A DNA stretch of 64,000 bases from Lepidodermella squamata (GCA_047495785.1 JBLDXI010000001.1:3038001-3102000); one strand, 5' to 3'; positions 1 through 14,427 are shown, numbered from the stretch's first letter. Numbers and translations: made by a program. Notes: a model not told the origin generated them from the letters alone.

Positions 1-129
1 CGAAGACTTGGGGAATCTTGTAAAGTTCCCACAATTAGCTTTTAAAGTAATGTACATTCATTTTAACTGACCCCAGCCTGACCTTATTAGTATAAAAAAA
101 TTAAATGTTGCTTCATGTTTCTTTAATAG

Positions 130-2934
130 AAGCCTCACTGGGCCAGAAATGCGGCCCTGGCATTATTTGCTCCGACCCATTGACTACCTGCGAAGCCGGG
201 CGTTGCGAATGCATGAATGAATACAACCGGCACCCGATCGATCCGAAACGCTGCATCTCCGCCCTTGTCACGTCACTCTACAGCCAACCGTGCTCGAGCG
301 ATTTCCAGTGCGAGCCAACCCAGGAGTGCCGCTCGGGCCAATGCTCGTGTCTAGGCGGTTACGTTTACTCAAAGACAGCTCAAACCTGCGTTGAAATCCG
401 AATCGGCGACCAGTGCTCGTCGAACGAAGACTGCCTGGGTGTCTTCAACGCAGTTTGCGCGGGTGACTCAGCGGGCGCCCGGGTGTGCGCCTGCGAGACG
501 GGTTACTTCGCCACCCCGGTCTCGCTCTACGGCAAGGAAACACGACTTTGCCTGCCGAGCACCGCCGAGCTCCGCGACATCGGCCAACCTTGCAACGACG
601 ACTTCGCCTCGGAGCGGTTCTGCAAGCCGAACCTACTCTGCACCCAGTGCCCAGTGGGTGTCGTAGGGCGCAATAGTGTCTGCACGAAACCGGTCCCTGT
701 AACAGCGCAAGCCCCCGACCAGAAACCTGTTCAATCCTTAGCTCAATCCGTCGAAACGGCGGTTAAACCGGCTATAAGCCGGGTCATGGGTGAGGCCAGG
801 CCATCGGAAAGTGACTACTACGAGTCCAAAGCAAGGACACCTAATTACGATTACTACGGAGATGAAGTAACGACTGCAAGGCCTGGTTATATCGCATCGA
901 TTTTATCCACCCTAGCCGCGCTTCGGGCGGTGACTACAACACGGCCGCCTGTTACCACGGCCAGGCCAACCACTGTTCGCAATTTCCCGGCATTTTCGAC
1001 AACATTGATCAATCGGCCAACCAGCGTCCGCTTGGTGGATCGGACTACAACGCCGTCGGAAGATTATGAGTACCCGGATGAGACGGATAAGCCGACGACT
1101 CGTCGTGATTTCCCTAACGCGATTCGGGTCGCGGTTGGCGCGACTTGCAACCCGCCGCTTATTGTGTGCAACGTTTCGAACTCCGAGTGTGTCGCGTCCC
1201 GGTGCCAGTGCCGTAATGGCTACCGTCAGTTGGGTGCGAATTTGTGCCAGAAAGCGGGCTTGCCGATTCCGCTCGGCTTGCCCTGCACTCAGCGCACCGA
1301 CGTTTGCGCGACGGTGGGTTCCTCGTGCACAAATGAAATCTGCCAATGTCCGCCTGGCTACAAAGGTGGTGTCAAAAGTAAGCCAAGATAATCCATTAAT
1401 TTTCGTTAATTTACTTGGCACTTTTAACAATTTCGTTAACTTGAAATTTCAAAATTAGTATTTGAATTTGAATAATTTTGAATTTTTCAACAATTTCAAA
1501 ATTTTAAGAAATTCGGACTATTGTCCCCATTTCTAGTGCTCAAATTAATATATATATTTTTTGTTTTCTTTTGTTTTAGATGATTGTATCGACAATGGAA
1601 AGAAGAGTTTCTTTGGGGATTCGTGCTCGCACACAAACGATTGTTACTACAACCTCACGTGCCAGACCTTCAAATGCCGATGCGAATATGGCATGAAACT
1701 TGTTGGCAATTACGACTGCGTGCCAAGTAATCATGAACTTTTAATTGAGCTTTCCTTTATGCATCAAGGCCCAAAGTTTATTCCGAAGTGCTACTACGGA
1801 TCGAAGGACAATTTTAGTGAACGCTTTTTGCCGAAAAAATTATGCAGAAAATTTCCCATTCCGTGAAGACCACTTTAAGGCCTTATAAAAATCAGGCTCT
1901 CTATCTAAAATTCAGGATTTTTGACCGATGTTGAATTAGGACGCAATTTTTATTTTAAAAATTGAATTTGAATCCGCAAAATCATGACCGAGTTTTGAAA
2001 TGTTAAATTGTGACAAAATAATAAGGGGCTTGAATTTAATTAAAACCCTCGATTCTAAGTCAAATCGAGATTGGAATCAAAATTGCAATTTCAACTAATT
2101 TTTAAAAATCGAAAATTCACCTTATCGGATATCGATGGTGAGAAATTAAAAAAATTATCGATTTAACGTGAATTAGACGATTTTTCAATCTATTGAGCTC
2201 TAGAATGAAACAAAGCCATTTGCAAACATTTCAGTTATTTTAGACCTCTCGAGTAACCACAGTCGTATTTTCCTAAAGCCTGTTTTAATTTTTAATTTTG
2301 TTTTTCTACGTAATTAAATAGGAGGCTTCGGCGAGTCGTGCCCGTCTGGATACGATCGCGACTGTAAATTTATCAAAGACGGCGTCTGCAGCAAGGGCAC
2401 ATGCCAGTGCCGTGAAGGCTACTCGCGTAAGAACCAGTTCGAATGCAGCGAAGCTATTTGGGCCGATGCCGATTCAGCTTTCGCCGAAGAAAAAAGTATG
2501 TTTCTACCCGGTACCAACTTGGTACCCAAGTTCAAAATTGATTTTTATAAATATTTCAGTGTTGAAATGTATCGGCGATATGGATTGCCTCGAGTCTGTA
2601 GCCGCTCCCCGCGCTTCAATCTGCGTCTCAGGCCGGTGCCAGTGCCGGTCTGGAGCCACCCTAAAAGTGGCGACTAACACCTGTGAATTCAAGGCATCAC
2701 TGTCAGGTATAAGCTAAACGTTCAATTACTCAATTTATTTTAATTTTTTCCGCTCATTTTTTAGACGAGGGCTTTGCGTGCAGTTTGAATACGGATTGCA
2801 AAACCGGGGGTCTGTCTTGCGTCAACAACGTGTGCACCCGGCGCTCTCGCATCCTGGCGTCCGGCGCCCGGCCTTCGCTCCTGACATCACTGCTCGTGTT
2901 TTCGCTAGCCATTGCTTATCTGCTGCGAAATTAA
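130..2934 (+). CDS. Cys-rich EB-module/EGF-like repeat surface protein with Thr/Pro-rich mucin-like spacer and C-terminal GPI-anchor-like signal (5' end probably outside window)
   Basis: Repeated C-x4/5-C-x5/7-C-x3/4-C-x-C modules in exons ~130-1378, 1580-1725, 2323-2495, 2560-2706 and 2765-2934, joined by GT-AG introns. The last exon reads ...CTRRSRILASGARPSLLTSLLVFSLAIAYLLRN*, a hydrophobic tail with no cytoplasmic segment. Confidence 0.75.
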
Positions 2935-3500
2935 AATTACTCGCACAAAATAGAGGTTATATAAAAATATAATAGATATACACGAGTCGGGGTCTATGTT
3001 GTATTCATCCGAAAAAAATAAGCTACCGCTTTGTGTTTTAAGAACGCGATATTAACCTCACTAATATATACCCAACTAGTGATAATGATGAGCCAAAGCC
3101 TGCCTATATGATGATGTAAATACCTACCTGATGTATATTATGCGCTGTTTTGTTGTTTATCTCACAACATGAGATTTTATCATTGTCGCGCTCTCTTCAT
3201 TAACGGCGAGGATTATAAAAACTACGCTTAATCTAGCCCGCACCGGTGCGCTACCTTAAAAATGATGTGCAGAGCGCGTGCTGTGCAGTAAAAATACTCA
3301 AAATTATGTCATTATATATTCCAAATCGCATCAACTGCTGAGAGAGAAACTCTGTAAATAACATGCGCGAAAATTGATGATGAAAGATGATTTATGAATA
3401 TCGATTGATGTTTTACAAATTAAAAAAAATGAAAGTTTTTCAAGCCAAATAAAGTGGATTTTTCTTTGAGACTTATTTTATTCGAAAATTCATTAAACTT

Positions 3501-6133
3501 TCAAGCTTTCGGGGCATTGCTATTATTGCTATTAGGTTCCAATACTGGTGCGAAATCAATCATGTCCGGGTCGAATTTCGACCAGGGAACGTTGACAGTT
3601 TTCGGGTCGAAATTGAACGCCGTGTGGAAGGACAGCTCGCCTATTTCACTGAAAACTCGTAGTAGAAACTCGGTTCGTGCTTTCACCGGGAAATACGTCG
3701 AGGGTACAACGAGAAAATAAATTACCGGCGCCGCAGCTTTCGCAACATCGACATCCTCGCGGTGGACAGCAGACTGAAATCGCGGAATTGATGTGGGTGT
3801 CTGCGGAATGGCTGTATCGCTGTAACTTCGCGTTGCCATTGAGTAATTGGCGTAAGGTAGCGACGAAAAAAGTTCGCCCGTGTGAAGGAAGAAAGACGCG
3901 CGGAACGGGGCTGTAGGTGGCTCTTTTTGAGTAAGCTAAAATAAATAAACAAAAAATCAAAAGAAGTTGAAAACGCTCAAATTTCCCAAATAAATTACTG
4001 AATTTTATCAAAATGTCCCAAATTCCAAAATTCAGATTTTTTTATAAATTACGATTTTAATCGTCGTTAGAAATTTCCCGAAAAATTCCTAAAATTTTTG
4101 TAATTTTCCTTAATGAATTATCAATTTTATTCCAAAATATCCCCACAATTTCAAAATTCAAAATTTTTTGTAAAATGCTGTTTTAACCTTGTAAACGTGA
4201 AAGGCAATGTGAGAATAGCTTGTCTTGTCGAATCGGAACGGCTGGCTTAAGCTGACCCAGATCCAAGGAAGGTAGCCATCGATGCGTGACCATGGGCTGC
4301 CATAAGGTGCGCTCGACCCGATCACACCCGGCGAACCGGTTAGGTGCAATTTGAAGACAAATTGAGGATTTGTGGCAAAATGTTCGAGATTACGCCGGCT
4401 ACCGCCCGAATTTACATCCGGAATCCATGAAGACATTATTTGAACTAAAAATATTAAAAAATTGCAAAATTTCAATTTAAAGATTTTTTCAAATCTTACC
4501 GAGACGACCCTGGATATTATTAGCGTCTTCGTGTATAATCGGGCGGCAAATAGTGGCCGAGTCGAAGGTGCTCACGAGTCGCTGAGGTGTGTACCAGCCG
4601 GTTAAGACGCCAACTCGCGATGACTCACCGTCCTCGCCCATCGCGGTCAAATTTGGCTGATTCTTCGCAATCTCAGCAATCAGCTCAGCTTTTGAGTCGG
4701 CGCCACCTGACGGCGGCTTGTTGTCCATGCTACTTCTAATGCTACTCGGGAATGATTTACTGACACGCCTGGCTTGAGAAGACGCTGACGGCGATGTTAT
4801 TGACGATGAGGCAGACGTTACTGAAGTGCGAGCACTCGACGCAGAAGGGTGACTATTGTTTACAGGATGCCCAATTGTGTAGGAATTGCTCAGTCTGTGA
4901 TGCGGCTCTTCATCCTCGTCTGGAACGTTCGAGTCAATAATTAAATACCTATTCGATATGCCAAATGGAAGCTGGCAAAAAATGAAAGAATTTACTGATA
5001 AAACGATGAAAAAAATCGAAAAAAATCACCTTTTCCCATTGAGTGATACTGCACGAGTGGCGGCCTGTTTTTTCGTTGGCTTGTTGCACGGTAGCGAAAA
5101 GACTTTTCTCGTTCATCATAGCGAAAATGCGCCGATCACTGACCTCAGATTGGTTGAACATCAACCGCTCAGCGAAACCACCTGATAGCCAAACGTAGGA
5201 CTCAACCGGGTCCCCGACAGCCTTCGCTAGAGCCTCGGCGCCCTGGAAATAACCGAGAAATGCCGCCTCGACATATCGGATGTAGTCAGCGAAAGATGAG
5301 TGAACGGTGACGCCGCCAGATTGGGGTAAATTAGACTGGTGAACGCGATAGCTCTCCCATTCACAGCCGATACTCCACAACCGGATTAAATAGCAAAATT
5401 TCGAAATTTGCCGCGCGAACTAAAATAAAATTTAATAATAATTGTATCATAATTTTGTATTAATTTATACTTGATTTGTGATATTAGGTGCCCTCCAAAA
5501 GGATAACGCGGTTGATAGCAGCCAGCAGTCGTTGAGAATTCCCTGCTCAATCGGGCATTTATTCGGTAAACTCGGTAACGAATCGGGTATTTCGGTATTT
5601 GGTTTCGGTGGTTCTGGCGACACGAGGTCAAAGGACCGGCGAACAGCGACGGTCTTCTTCGGCTCCGACTCTGGGGTTGAGATGGAGACTCGCCTTGTTG
5701 GCGGGTTCCTCGGGTTCGGGCTAGTGGGCTCGGGTGTCTCGGGTTCGAAGGGTGACGAAAATTTGGGCGAAGTTGGCCCGCTTGGAATTTCGAACTCTTC
5801 CGCGTCATTTGCGAATCGCACCGATTTTTTTGTACCAGCTGTGTTCGTCGTCGAAACGTCCTTGCTCTGCTTGGAGAGCGCAGACCTCGGAGCAGGCGAT
5901 AGCGCCGCCGTTTTTCTAGGATGTCTTGTTTTTGCTAGAAAGGAGGGTGCTTATACTGGATGTCACGATCGAGTACGCGATAATAAATATCACGTTTTGG
6001 CAGGCTTTTCAAGCGGCGACAATTGAAAGGAGCAAATTCGAGTACACAGCGACGTCTTAGAGGCGACGCGGTAGTATTTTGTTACTCGTGCCGCCTTTTT
6101 TATATACTCTCGCAAGTGCAGGCGATTAGCCAT
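3501..6133 (-). CDS. Atypical calpain (CysPc protease domain plus domain III, no EF-hand domain)
   Basis: Calpain catalytic-Cys motif IEQGILNDCWLLS (ORF 5465-5821), His region GRHSCSIT, and domain III motifs W..NSGGSRRN...FATNPQF, HIAFHVYK and YFLVVPSTYFP...EFLLRVFSE (ORF 3501-3839). Multi-exon; the start codon is uncertain. Confidence 0.8.
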
Positions 6134-8035
6134 TCATGAGTTTATAAATAGTTAATCAGCTCGCTTCTCCGTTTCACCACCACCGCGTCGCGTAGCTAAG
6201 CAATTTTAATTCGAAAAAGAGCGCCGTGTTTTCAAGGCGCTCACGTCAAGAGCCAATTAGTCGACGACTCGCAATAGAAAAAAACCCACACCGCCGTAAA
6301 TAATATAAGAAAACATTTCTCAATTTATTTATTGCACACGTCAGCTTTGATAACGTGCCGCCGAAAAATTTACACAGAATCATCAATCAGTATATCTTTC
6401 AATACACATAATATTAGCGCATTTCCGTGATTCATCATTACACCAGCCTTCGATTTTTTTATACACACATTTTTTCCAAGATTTTCCGTAGCAAAAAACA
6501 ACCAATACATTTATATATATGAATAATTGATAATATTTTGCCTAAATTGTTCGCCTGTTGTGAAGAAGAAATTTAGCTAAGAAGCTGTTTCAGCATTTTT
6601 CTCTCATTCCACATATAAAATTCGATCAAATTATTACAGGAAAAAGGTTTCTTTTTAGCCAGGTTTTTACAAAAAATACGATTTTTTCGCTCATTTCAAT
6701 GCATAAAAAGCGAGTAGCTGTGGAAGAACATAGTTTCATAGTGCACAATAATAATTTCACTCAAGTTTTGAACAAAAAAGCGAACCATTTTTCATTCGAA
6801 AATTTGTAACCGAAAGCAGCAGCGTATAGTTTCAAATTGATTTTCTCATCCAATGAAGTAGACGGTAGATTATCATGTTTTCAATCTATTTATATTATTT
6901 TTACTATCCGGTAGGGCACACAACCCGAGGCGCGAAAAAAGCGGCACAATCGCGATTGCTAATCTTCAGTTTCTTTCTACCAAGAGCAATAATTTTTTTC
7001 TTTCACAAATCAACAAAAAATAAACAGAAAAATCCCACGAAGAAAAGCACAAAAATGAGAAGGGTAAAGGATACGATTTCTAGGCAAGCGAATAAGTAAG
7101 TAGCTGTTTTTCATCATCAGAAATTGAGTGATTAATACCATATTTATTCCTCAGTATAAATAATTTTCTTCAACAACAAAAAACGATCGTTGGTTGAGTA
7201 GGTGTTATAAGGTAGACGCAACGAAAAGAGACACATGCAAAATAAAGAGGAGAGGAATACTGCTGTTGCACTAAAAAAAGAGGACTGTTGTTTATTTCAT
7301 AATCGTTCATTTAACGCCTTCATTTACATACGATAGCGGGAGGTGAGAAAATGTATATTTCAAAGCTTCCCATGGAACGTGGTACAAACAACAAACAAAC
7401 ACATGAAAGTGGACACTCAAATAGCAAATATTTTCTAGCATCAGCCAATTTATTTGTTTCGAAAGGATTTTTTCTTGGGTTTTGTTGCGATTTTACTCAA
7501 AGACGAACGTCAAAGGAAAATTCGTCAGAAAAACACTTTAGAAAAGTATTTTAATAAATTTTGTAAATTAATTGAAAAATCCGCCTTAATTTCCGGCTTA
7601 ATTAAATTTCAATCTGATTTCAATTTAATTTTTCAAAATTTCAAGTTTCAATTTAAAATTTAATTTTTTCCCAGCAACAGACGCCTTGAATCGCACGTTC
7701 CACTCAAGAGAAAGAATAGAGCATATTGTATTGTATTTTATACTAAAAAGAAAGAAAGAGCGACTGATTCGCGCCAAGTGCATAGCAAGATGAACAACAT
7801 CGTGGTGTGAAGAGCCGTTTCCACTCTCATTCACCACCTTAAAATAACACCAATTAACCGATGTTATTTCTTGTGTAAACCGCCTTCTTAAAACATGCGT
7901 AAATTGCGTGTAACATTATATTCGCGTTATTTATACAGGCTGCAAGAAGAAAAACCGTGTAATTCCAAGCAGCAGCAGTAGCAGCTGGTTTTCGGTGGTT
8001 GTAAAACAGAACAAAGAGAAGTATTAAGTGTAGGA

Positions 8036-11000
8036 CTAGCTCTTTTGCAGTATCGACGGCGCTTTTTCCATAATGACGGCCATCATGTCGTCAATGTACT
8101 CGTCGCGCCGCTGAATCTCCACCTGTTGCCGCGCGATGACCTGCAGCAGCTCTTCGCGGCTCATGCGGCCGTACTGCGCATACACGTCCGACGGGATCAC
8201 CGTCGACGTGGACATGCGGGGCGAGAAGGACGGCAGGCCGCCGGATAGGTTGTTGCTGCTACCGCCGTTGCTACCGCCGTTATTGTTGCCGCCACCACCG
8301 CCGTTGTTGAGCCGCAACGAGCCGCCTTTATTCGGCGGCATGCCGTTGCTGTGGTGGTTCGGAGTCGACATGCGCCCGTTGTTCATCGGCGTGTTTGCCG
8401 ACGACGGCGGCGCCATCACCGAGCTCCGCTGGCCGTTGCTCAGCTGTTGCAAGTTGGACGACTTCGGCGGAGTGCCGTTGCCAAATGACGGAAAACCAAC
8501 TAGAAAAAAAACAAAATGCAATGGGTAACAGCAAATAATCCAAAGCTATATGAAAGTGGCCAACTCTAAATTTTGGGCGATTTTTGCTTCAATAGGGGTT
8601 TACTTTGGGCCGGAAGAGGAAGCAAATCGTCATAGCAGCGAGTAAAATAGCTATCGACACCATTTTTCAAAAGTGACTTTTTCAGTCTATAATATTTAGC
8701 TTTCAAGGCGGTCATGGGTGAGTAATTCTTTTTTCGAAATTCGATCGGGTTCATGATGTGCTATGAGCAAATTCTCAAATTATGTTAGAAACAGTCCTTA
8801 AATGTGCCTACAGTTCTTATAGTACACTGACTCGCGGATTTATAGTCCCTTTTACACGCCGAATTTCATGATTACGATTTTGCACTCGCGTAACAATGGA
8901 AAGCTGACTTTCAAGGCGATTTTTAGTAATTCTACTCAATATCACTTCGAGAATACGGCGTAATCATGACTTTAAAACTGTTGAATAGTCGCGTTTTGTG
9001 CCAAATTTTTATAATTTGGATCTACTAGTCAATTTTGGTTAAAGAAAACAGGCAAGTTGGTTCCGCTGAAAGAAACACCGAGCGTTAATGGCTCAATGGC
9101 TCTTAAATAATTTTTTCAGTAGACAGTTGTAACAAACCAAGATTCTCCGCGCATATTCAACGGTTTGCCCTCAGGAACGACGCTCATGTCAAAGCGAAAT
9201 GAGTCAAATAAAAAGAATAGAAAGCTGTTAAAGTGTTTTAAAAACTCTAAATGAGACAATTTTGATGGGAAATAACCAGTTCGAAATGCATCGATCTACT
9301 TCTTACGTTGGAAGAATTGAAACTTCCCAGCGTTTACTTGATCAATAATCAATCGGATCAAACTCATTTCGCTTTGAGATGAGCATCTTTCCTGCGCGTT
9401 ATGAAGGCCTTCCAAGAACCAGCTACTTCATATAATCTAGATATTCGTAATTATTCTGTTTCAAAGAAGGCGTTTTCCTTCATGCGAGTGCCATTTTTAG
9501 AGGTACTCAACAATTCAAATAACCTAGAACTATGTACACCTTTCCGTGAAATACTGACGAAATTAGGAAGGATGTGGACCGATATCATAACTAAGGCCGA
9601 TGAAAATTTCCGCTGCTTTACGATCATTTCGCACTGGAATTACGCAATTTGACAAGTATTATTAATCTTCCTCGGTCGCTCAATTTTCGAAATGAATAGT
9701 AATAATTTTACTTAGCCCCTTTTCATCTCAGCAATCAATCCTATTTATAAGCTTAGAATTAGGATGACTCACTGCGGCTCAACTTATATCCCCGTAATGC
9801 TCGTAAAACAGTCCGGCGCCCTAGCGTCTAAATCTCGTAAGCACGTGTTGTTATTTCACACCTACCAAAATGACCTTGGGGATTAACATAATAATAATAA
9901 TATCATCATACACCGCCCCTAATGAATCACACTTTCGGACAGCTAATTAAGAGTCAGTGTATAACTTACGTCCTGAAGACTGACTCCGGGCGTCTATGCT
10001 GAGGCCAGATTCGGAGGCGCTGCTGCGGCCTGACGGCTGACGCTGCATACCGCCAAGCCCACCGCTGATTTGGCTGTCGTTGCTATTGTGCTGATTGGTG
10101 CCTTTCGTCGACGGTTTCAGCCGCCCGCTGCCTTCTCGGTCCAGGAACCGGTCACCGGCAGGCGCGCCGGCTGAAACTGAGGATACGGCGCGCGAAATGC
10201 CGCCGGACGCTAACGCTTGACTAGCTGATCCGACCTAATAAAAATTTACAAAAATTAGCTGAAACCAAACAAATAATTTATTTCCTTTTATTTATTTCAT
10301 CTAAAATTATAATTTAATGGAAATAAAATTTCTGGTCATCGGAACCAAATTTTAAATATTTTTATTGTACATTTCTCAGGATTTTTATCGATAATTAGAA
10401 TCGATATTTTCAAGATCCAACTTTAATTTAATTTTCTTCATAAGATTAAATTTTGACATTTTTGGAGTGCAATATTCCATTTTGGGAATTCTGAATCGAT
10501 GATCATCGATGGCCGAACTGCGATAATTTTCTCGAAAATTCCAATTATAATTGATTTCAAGTATATATTCCAGAATGACCAGTTTAAGTTTTCAATTCGG
10601 TCTCAATTTTTCAAATTGGGCTTTGCAAAAAGGTAATTCGCTATTTTAAGTAAAAAACTATTCGAACGGTTAAATTTTCATTTTTAACCCAAATTTTCTA
10701 TTCCCAACCATTTCAAATTAATTTTGAAATTTCTAGAAAAATGAAAATGCTTACGGTATGAGGAAGACTGTATTGTTTGCGCTGGATGCCGGCTGAATCA
10801 TCCGGACCCGGGCCATCAGTGACGCTGAAATCGTCGCGTTCCTCGTCACTATCCGGCCTCGCGTGACTAACAACCGATTCAGACTGATCGTCATCATCGT
10901 CATCGTCCGATTCCGGCCGTTTGTGGCTCTGAGAATCCGACACCTCTTCTTTCGCCTTCGATTTGCGGCCAAAACTCGGCCGCCTTAACGCGTGAGTTAA

Positions 11001-12293
11001 AGCTGCTAGCGAGTTCGACCGCTTCAGCCGTTGTCGCGACTGGCCGTCGTCACCCGCTAGCGCCGTCGAGGTTTTCGAATCAGTGTCCGCGTTCGACTTC
11101 TTATCGCCGCGGAATGAGCCTTTTTTCGAAGCACCAAGGCTCAAGGCTAGGTTAGTAGCGCTTTTGCGAAGGAATTCCGAGCCGAGCGGGGTCAGGGTGG
11201 AATTTTTGGAAGACGCCACGGCCTGAGACCCGCCGCCGGCATTTGAGCCGCCCAACGCGTCGCTTCTGAATACAAATGTTGTTCGAACGAGAATTTCGCC
11301 GCGATACTTTGCCTTTTTCTTAGTTGTCTTTGCCCGCAAAGCATACCACCTAAAAATAGACACAAATTTAGTCAATATAATTAGGCAAGAGACATCAAAA
11401 ATTTCACGTTAAATCAATAGATAAATGAATAAATTAGCAAAGAAAAACCTCGAAAGGAAAATTCAAAAAAGTGGATAAAATTGCAAGAATGGTGCGAGTT
11501 TTCTCGCGTTCTTCCGTAACATTCGGGTAGTTCAATTACCCATCAAGGACAAGGCATTATATGATTCGAGCCATTAACTCTCTAGCATTAGTCTAGAGCG
11601 AATCATCTAAACCCAGATTGAAATTTCTATCTTCAGAACATGACAACAATTCCTCCGTCATGTTGTGTAACCCAGTTTTTCACCCCTACGATGAGTCCCG
11701 AAAATATCATATGGTAAACTGAAATCAGGGCGATTAAACCACGAAAGTAACGGATATTCAAAGAAAACTTGAAAAACTGAAAAAATAAGTCACCTGTTCT
11801 CCCTTGGGGGCAGATTCATGAGACAAATAATTTTCAAAAAATATTGTAATAAGGTATAAACTTACTGAGCATGAGGTTTTTCTTGGAAACTGAACAGTTC
11901 ATCGATCGGCAACGAAATTCGTCCGAGAAATCGGTCTATCGACAGCAAATTGCGATGGAATAACGTAATTTCTATGGTCTTCGTCATATCACCCGGAATT
12001 TCGCTGGAAAAAAATCAGCATTTTTTAATATCATAATTTTCATCGACTTCCTTCATTTTTCTTACAATGAACATTCTTCATTCCACTCGGGACTCGCAGT
12101 TTTCTCCCGAGTTGTTGTCTGGAATTTTTCCTTGCCAAGTTGAATAATGGCATAGACGTCATTTGAGCCTTTGCCTTTTACTACCAGATCCTTGGCTTTA
12201 ATAACTAGAGGACAAAAAAATAGCGTAAACAAGGCTATATTTCATAAAACGAGCATATATACCTGTCACGTCGACATGAGTAGGCTTCCACAT
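8036..12293 (-). CDS. RAB11FIP: Class I Rab11 family-interacting protein (N-terminal C2 domain, C-terminal Rab11-binding domain)
   Basis: First exon MWKPTHVDVT (12263-12293); C2 exons VIKAKDL..KGK.GSNDVYAIIQLGKEKFQT..EWNEEC and WYAL..K..KYRGEI; last exon ...SREELLQ...EYIDDMMAVIMEKAPSILQ. Six exons with GT-AG introns. Confidence 0.88.
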
Positions 12294-12893
12294 TATAGCT
12301 GTGGCTGCGTTTATGCCAAGACAGTGTCAGCGAAATTTAAACTTTTTCGTAACAAAACATCTAAAATGGTTAAAAATGCACTTAGTGTATTAGCGCAAAA
12401 AAATCCCACCCACATATCGTGGCTGAAAACATCGTCTAAGACTGGGCAAAAAATATTGCTCAATGGATCAGATGTGATAGTGATAAATAGCGCGCGTGCT
12501 GTTATGCTATGCGATTTCGACCGCTAATTGTGCGCTAAAACAATGCGACGGTAAGTGGGGCCAGGTTATGCGGACACGTTCAGGTCCCTTTCGCTCATTT
12601 TATTACTCCAAAATGACGAATAGTAGTTGTAATAGCAGAAGTAATAGTAGTATTTGTGCGCGTGTAACGTAAGACGACGATCTATCATCACCATGTACAG
12701 ACCATGTTTGTTGATGGTAATGATGACCCGGCTGCTACAAACGGTATCAAACAAAACGACGACGTTAGACCAGACGCACTTATGTATGTATATTGCATCA
12801 GGTTTGTAACACATCATGAAACAAGAAGAAGACAATGTCAAATTCTTTTCGACGGCGTCGACACAATTGCGAGTTGAAAGGGCCATACGACGA

Positions 12894-13395
12894 CTAGATC
12901 GGCTTGATCTTGAAATGTAGCCCGATGAGCGAAAACACCAGACATTTGATGTCCTGAACTAAATAGTAGAAAGTACGAAGTCCTTCTGGATCCTTACTGT
13001 TTTGAACGTCGACGAGGGAGCCGATTTTTGATGTAGTAAACGAGATGTGAGTATCACCGAGTACGATTTCGAGCTCTTGCTGTCCTACTCGATCGGGTTG
13101 AGGCCACAACTCGTCACTTTCTTTGAGCAAATCTGAGTCTTCGATAATGCGACGCAACTCAGTCATCACACTTTTGCTGACGTTAACCTCCTTTTTGATC
13201 ATTGTGTCATTTTTATAATTACTGTTATTGGCGTATCTTAATTTGCCTAAAGAAAAAAGAGGATTAAAATTTGGCAAGCAAGTCATTCTAGGTCAACTCA
13301 CCGTCTGGACGAAATTCGAACTCCAAAAATTCGTGGCCAAATTTGCCTTTATGGCCCACGTAATATCGCAGGTAAAAGTCGTTGGACGATGGCAT
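12894..13395 (-). CDS. MAGOH: Mago nashi (exon junction complex core)
   Basis: Exon 13302-13395 [31 protein letters not shown] plus exon 12894-13246 [14 protein letters not shown]...[11 protein letters not shown], the near-invariant mago sequence. Confidence 0.98.
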
Positions 13396-13537
13396 CAAAT
13401 AACAGATCTAGATTTCAAAAATAAGTAAACATTTATTTCCAACGAAAATATCTTGAATAGATACACTGGTTGATTTCAACATGCCTTGGGCAACAAATTG
13501 ATTATTTAAATAATGTAATGCTTCAAGCATTCCGAAT

Positions 13538-14427
13538 CATGAAAGACACGTCAAGTAAAAATTAAAAATGTCAAGTAGCTTTCCGCTTTGGAAGGCGATG
13601 CTCGGTTTTTTGAGATGCTGATCGGTTGGCGTCGTCCCCGTTTTGACCACCAAAAATTTCTCGGACAAAGCGAAACTTTGATAACACAAGGCGCCAGACA
13701 ATATACCAGCCTTATTTAGAGGAACAAGTTCAGGAATAATCAGGTTATTAAATCAGGTAGTGAACGTACAAAATCCGATAAACAAGATCACCGCGACGAT
13801 GCACAGAATCGCCAATAGAAAATATGATAAAATGTAGTGCATTGTCAAGGAAAAGGCAGCACCATGGATGTTATCGTCTATAATATTCTAGGGCATAACG
13901 AGAGTGTCGCTGATTGTAAAAAGTACTTGATAACTTTCATGTCCCATGTCCCAAGTAAGATAATGAGCGACATCGTGAAAGTGATTAGAATTATCAGTCA
14001 ACAGATGAAATTGCGCTGCCAACTTCAAACGTTAATCGCCCTGTGCAATGGGGACAAATGTCGCTGAACAGCATGCAGGTAGGAAAATTCTTCGTCGTAA
14101 TTCACCGTAAATTACACTCAGAACGGCCAATTAGATTGGAAAATAAAATATTAAGAGCTTCCCGTCCAACTACCGCTAACCGTTCGTGAGGTAGAAGTAA
14201 TGTTGAATTGTTGTTAGTGAAATCTGAGATAAGAGATCAACGCTGAATTCTGCATTGGCATCGCAGAGCGCTAAAAGAAATAAACTAATTGGTTCGAGGG
14301 CAATGTTAAGCGGATCAACCAATTCAGATAGAATCAATGTTGCCAGAACTAGCAGGAAACAGTAGACAGCAGACAAACAGCAGCAGAGGCAGAGAAAAAA
14401 CAAGGATGCTCGTGCCAACTGCTGCAA
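13538..14427 (-). pseudogene. Possible decayed multi-pass membrane protein gene immediately upstream of mago
   Basis: Several hydrophobic segments (LIILITFTMSLIILLG; MHYILSYFLLAILCIVAVILFIGFCTF; FFLCLCCCLSAVYCFLLVLATLIL) on the minus strand, broken by stops and frameshifts. No family recognised. Confidence 0.3.

Noticed and set aside
8760-9700. Coding-like sequence in the Rab11-FIP intron (ORF 9401-9652)
   Set aside because: No recognisable motif or element termini; cannot be supported.
13538-14100. TGA recoding (Sec/Trp) suggested by several in-frame TGAs
   Set aside because: TAG stops and frameshifts also occur, no SECIS was recognised, and bona fide genes here (AP2A, CDC73) terminate at TGA.
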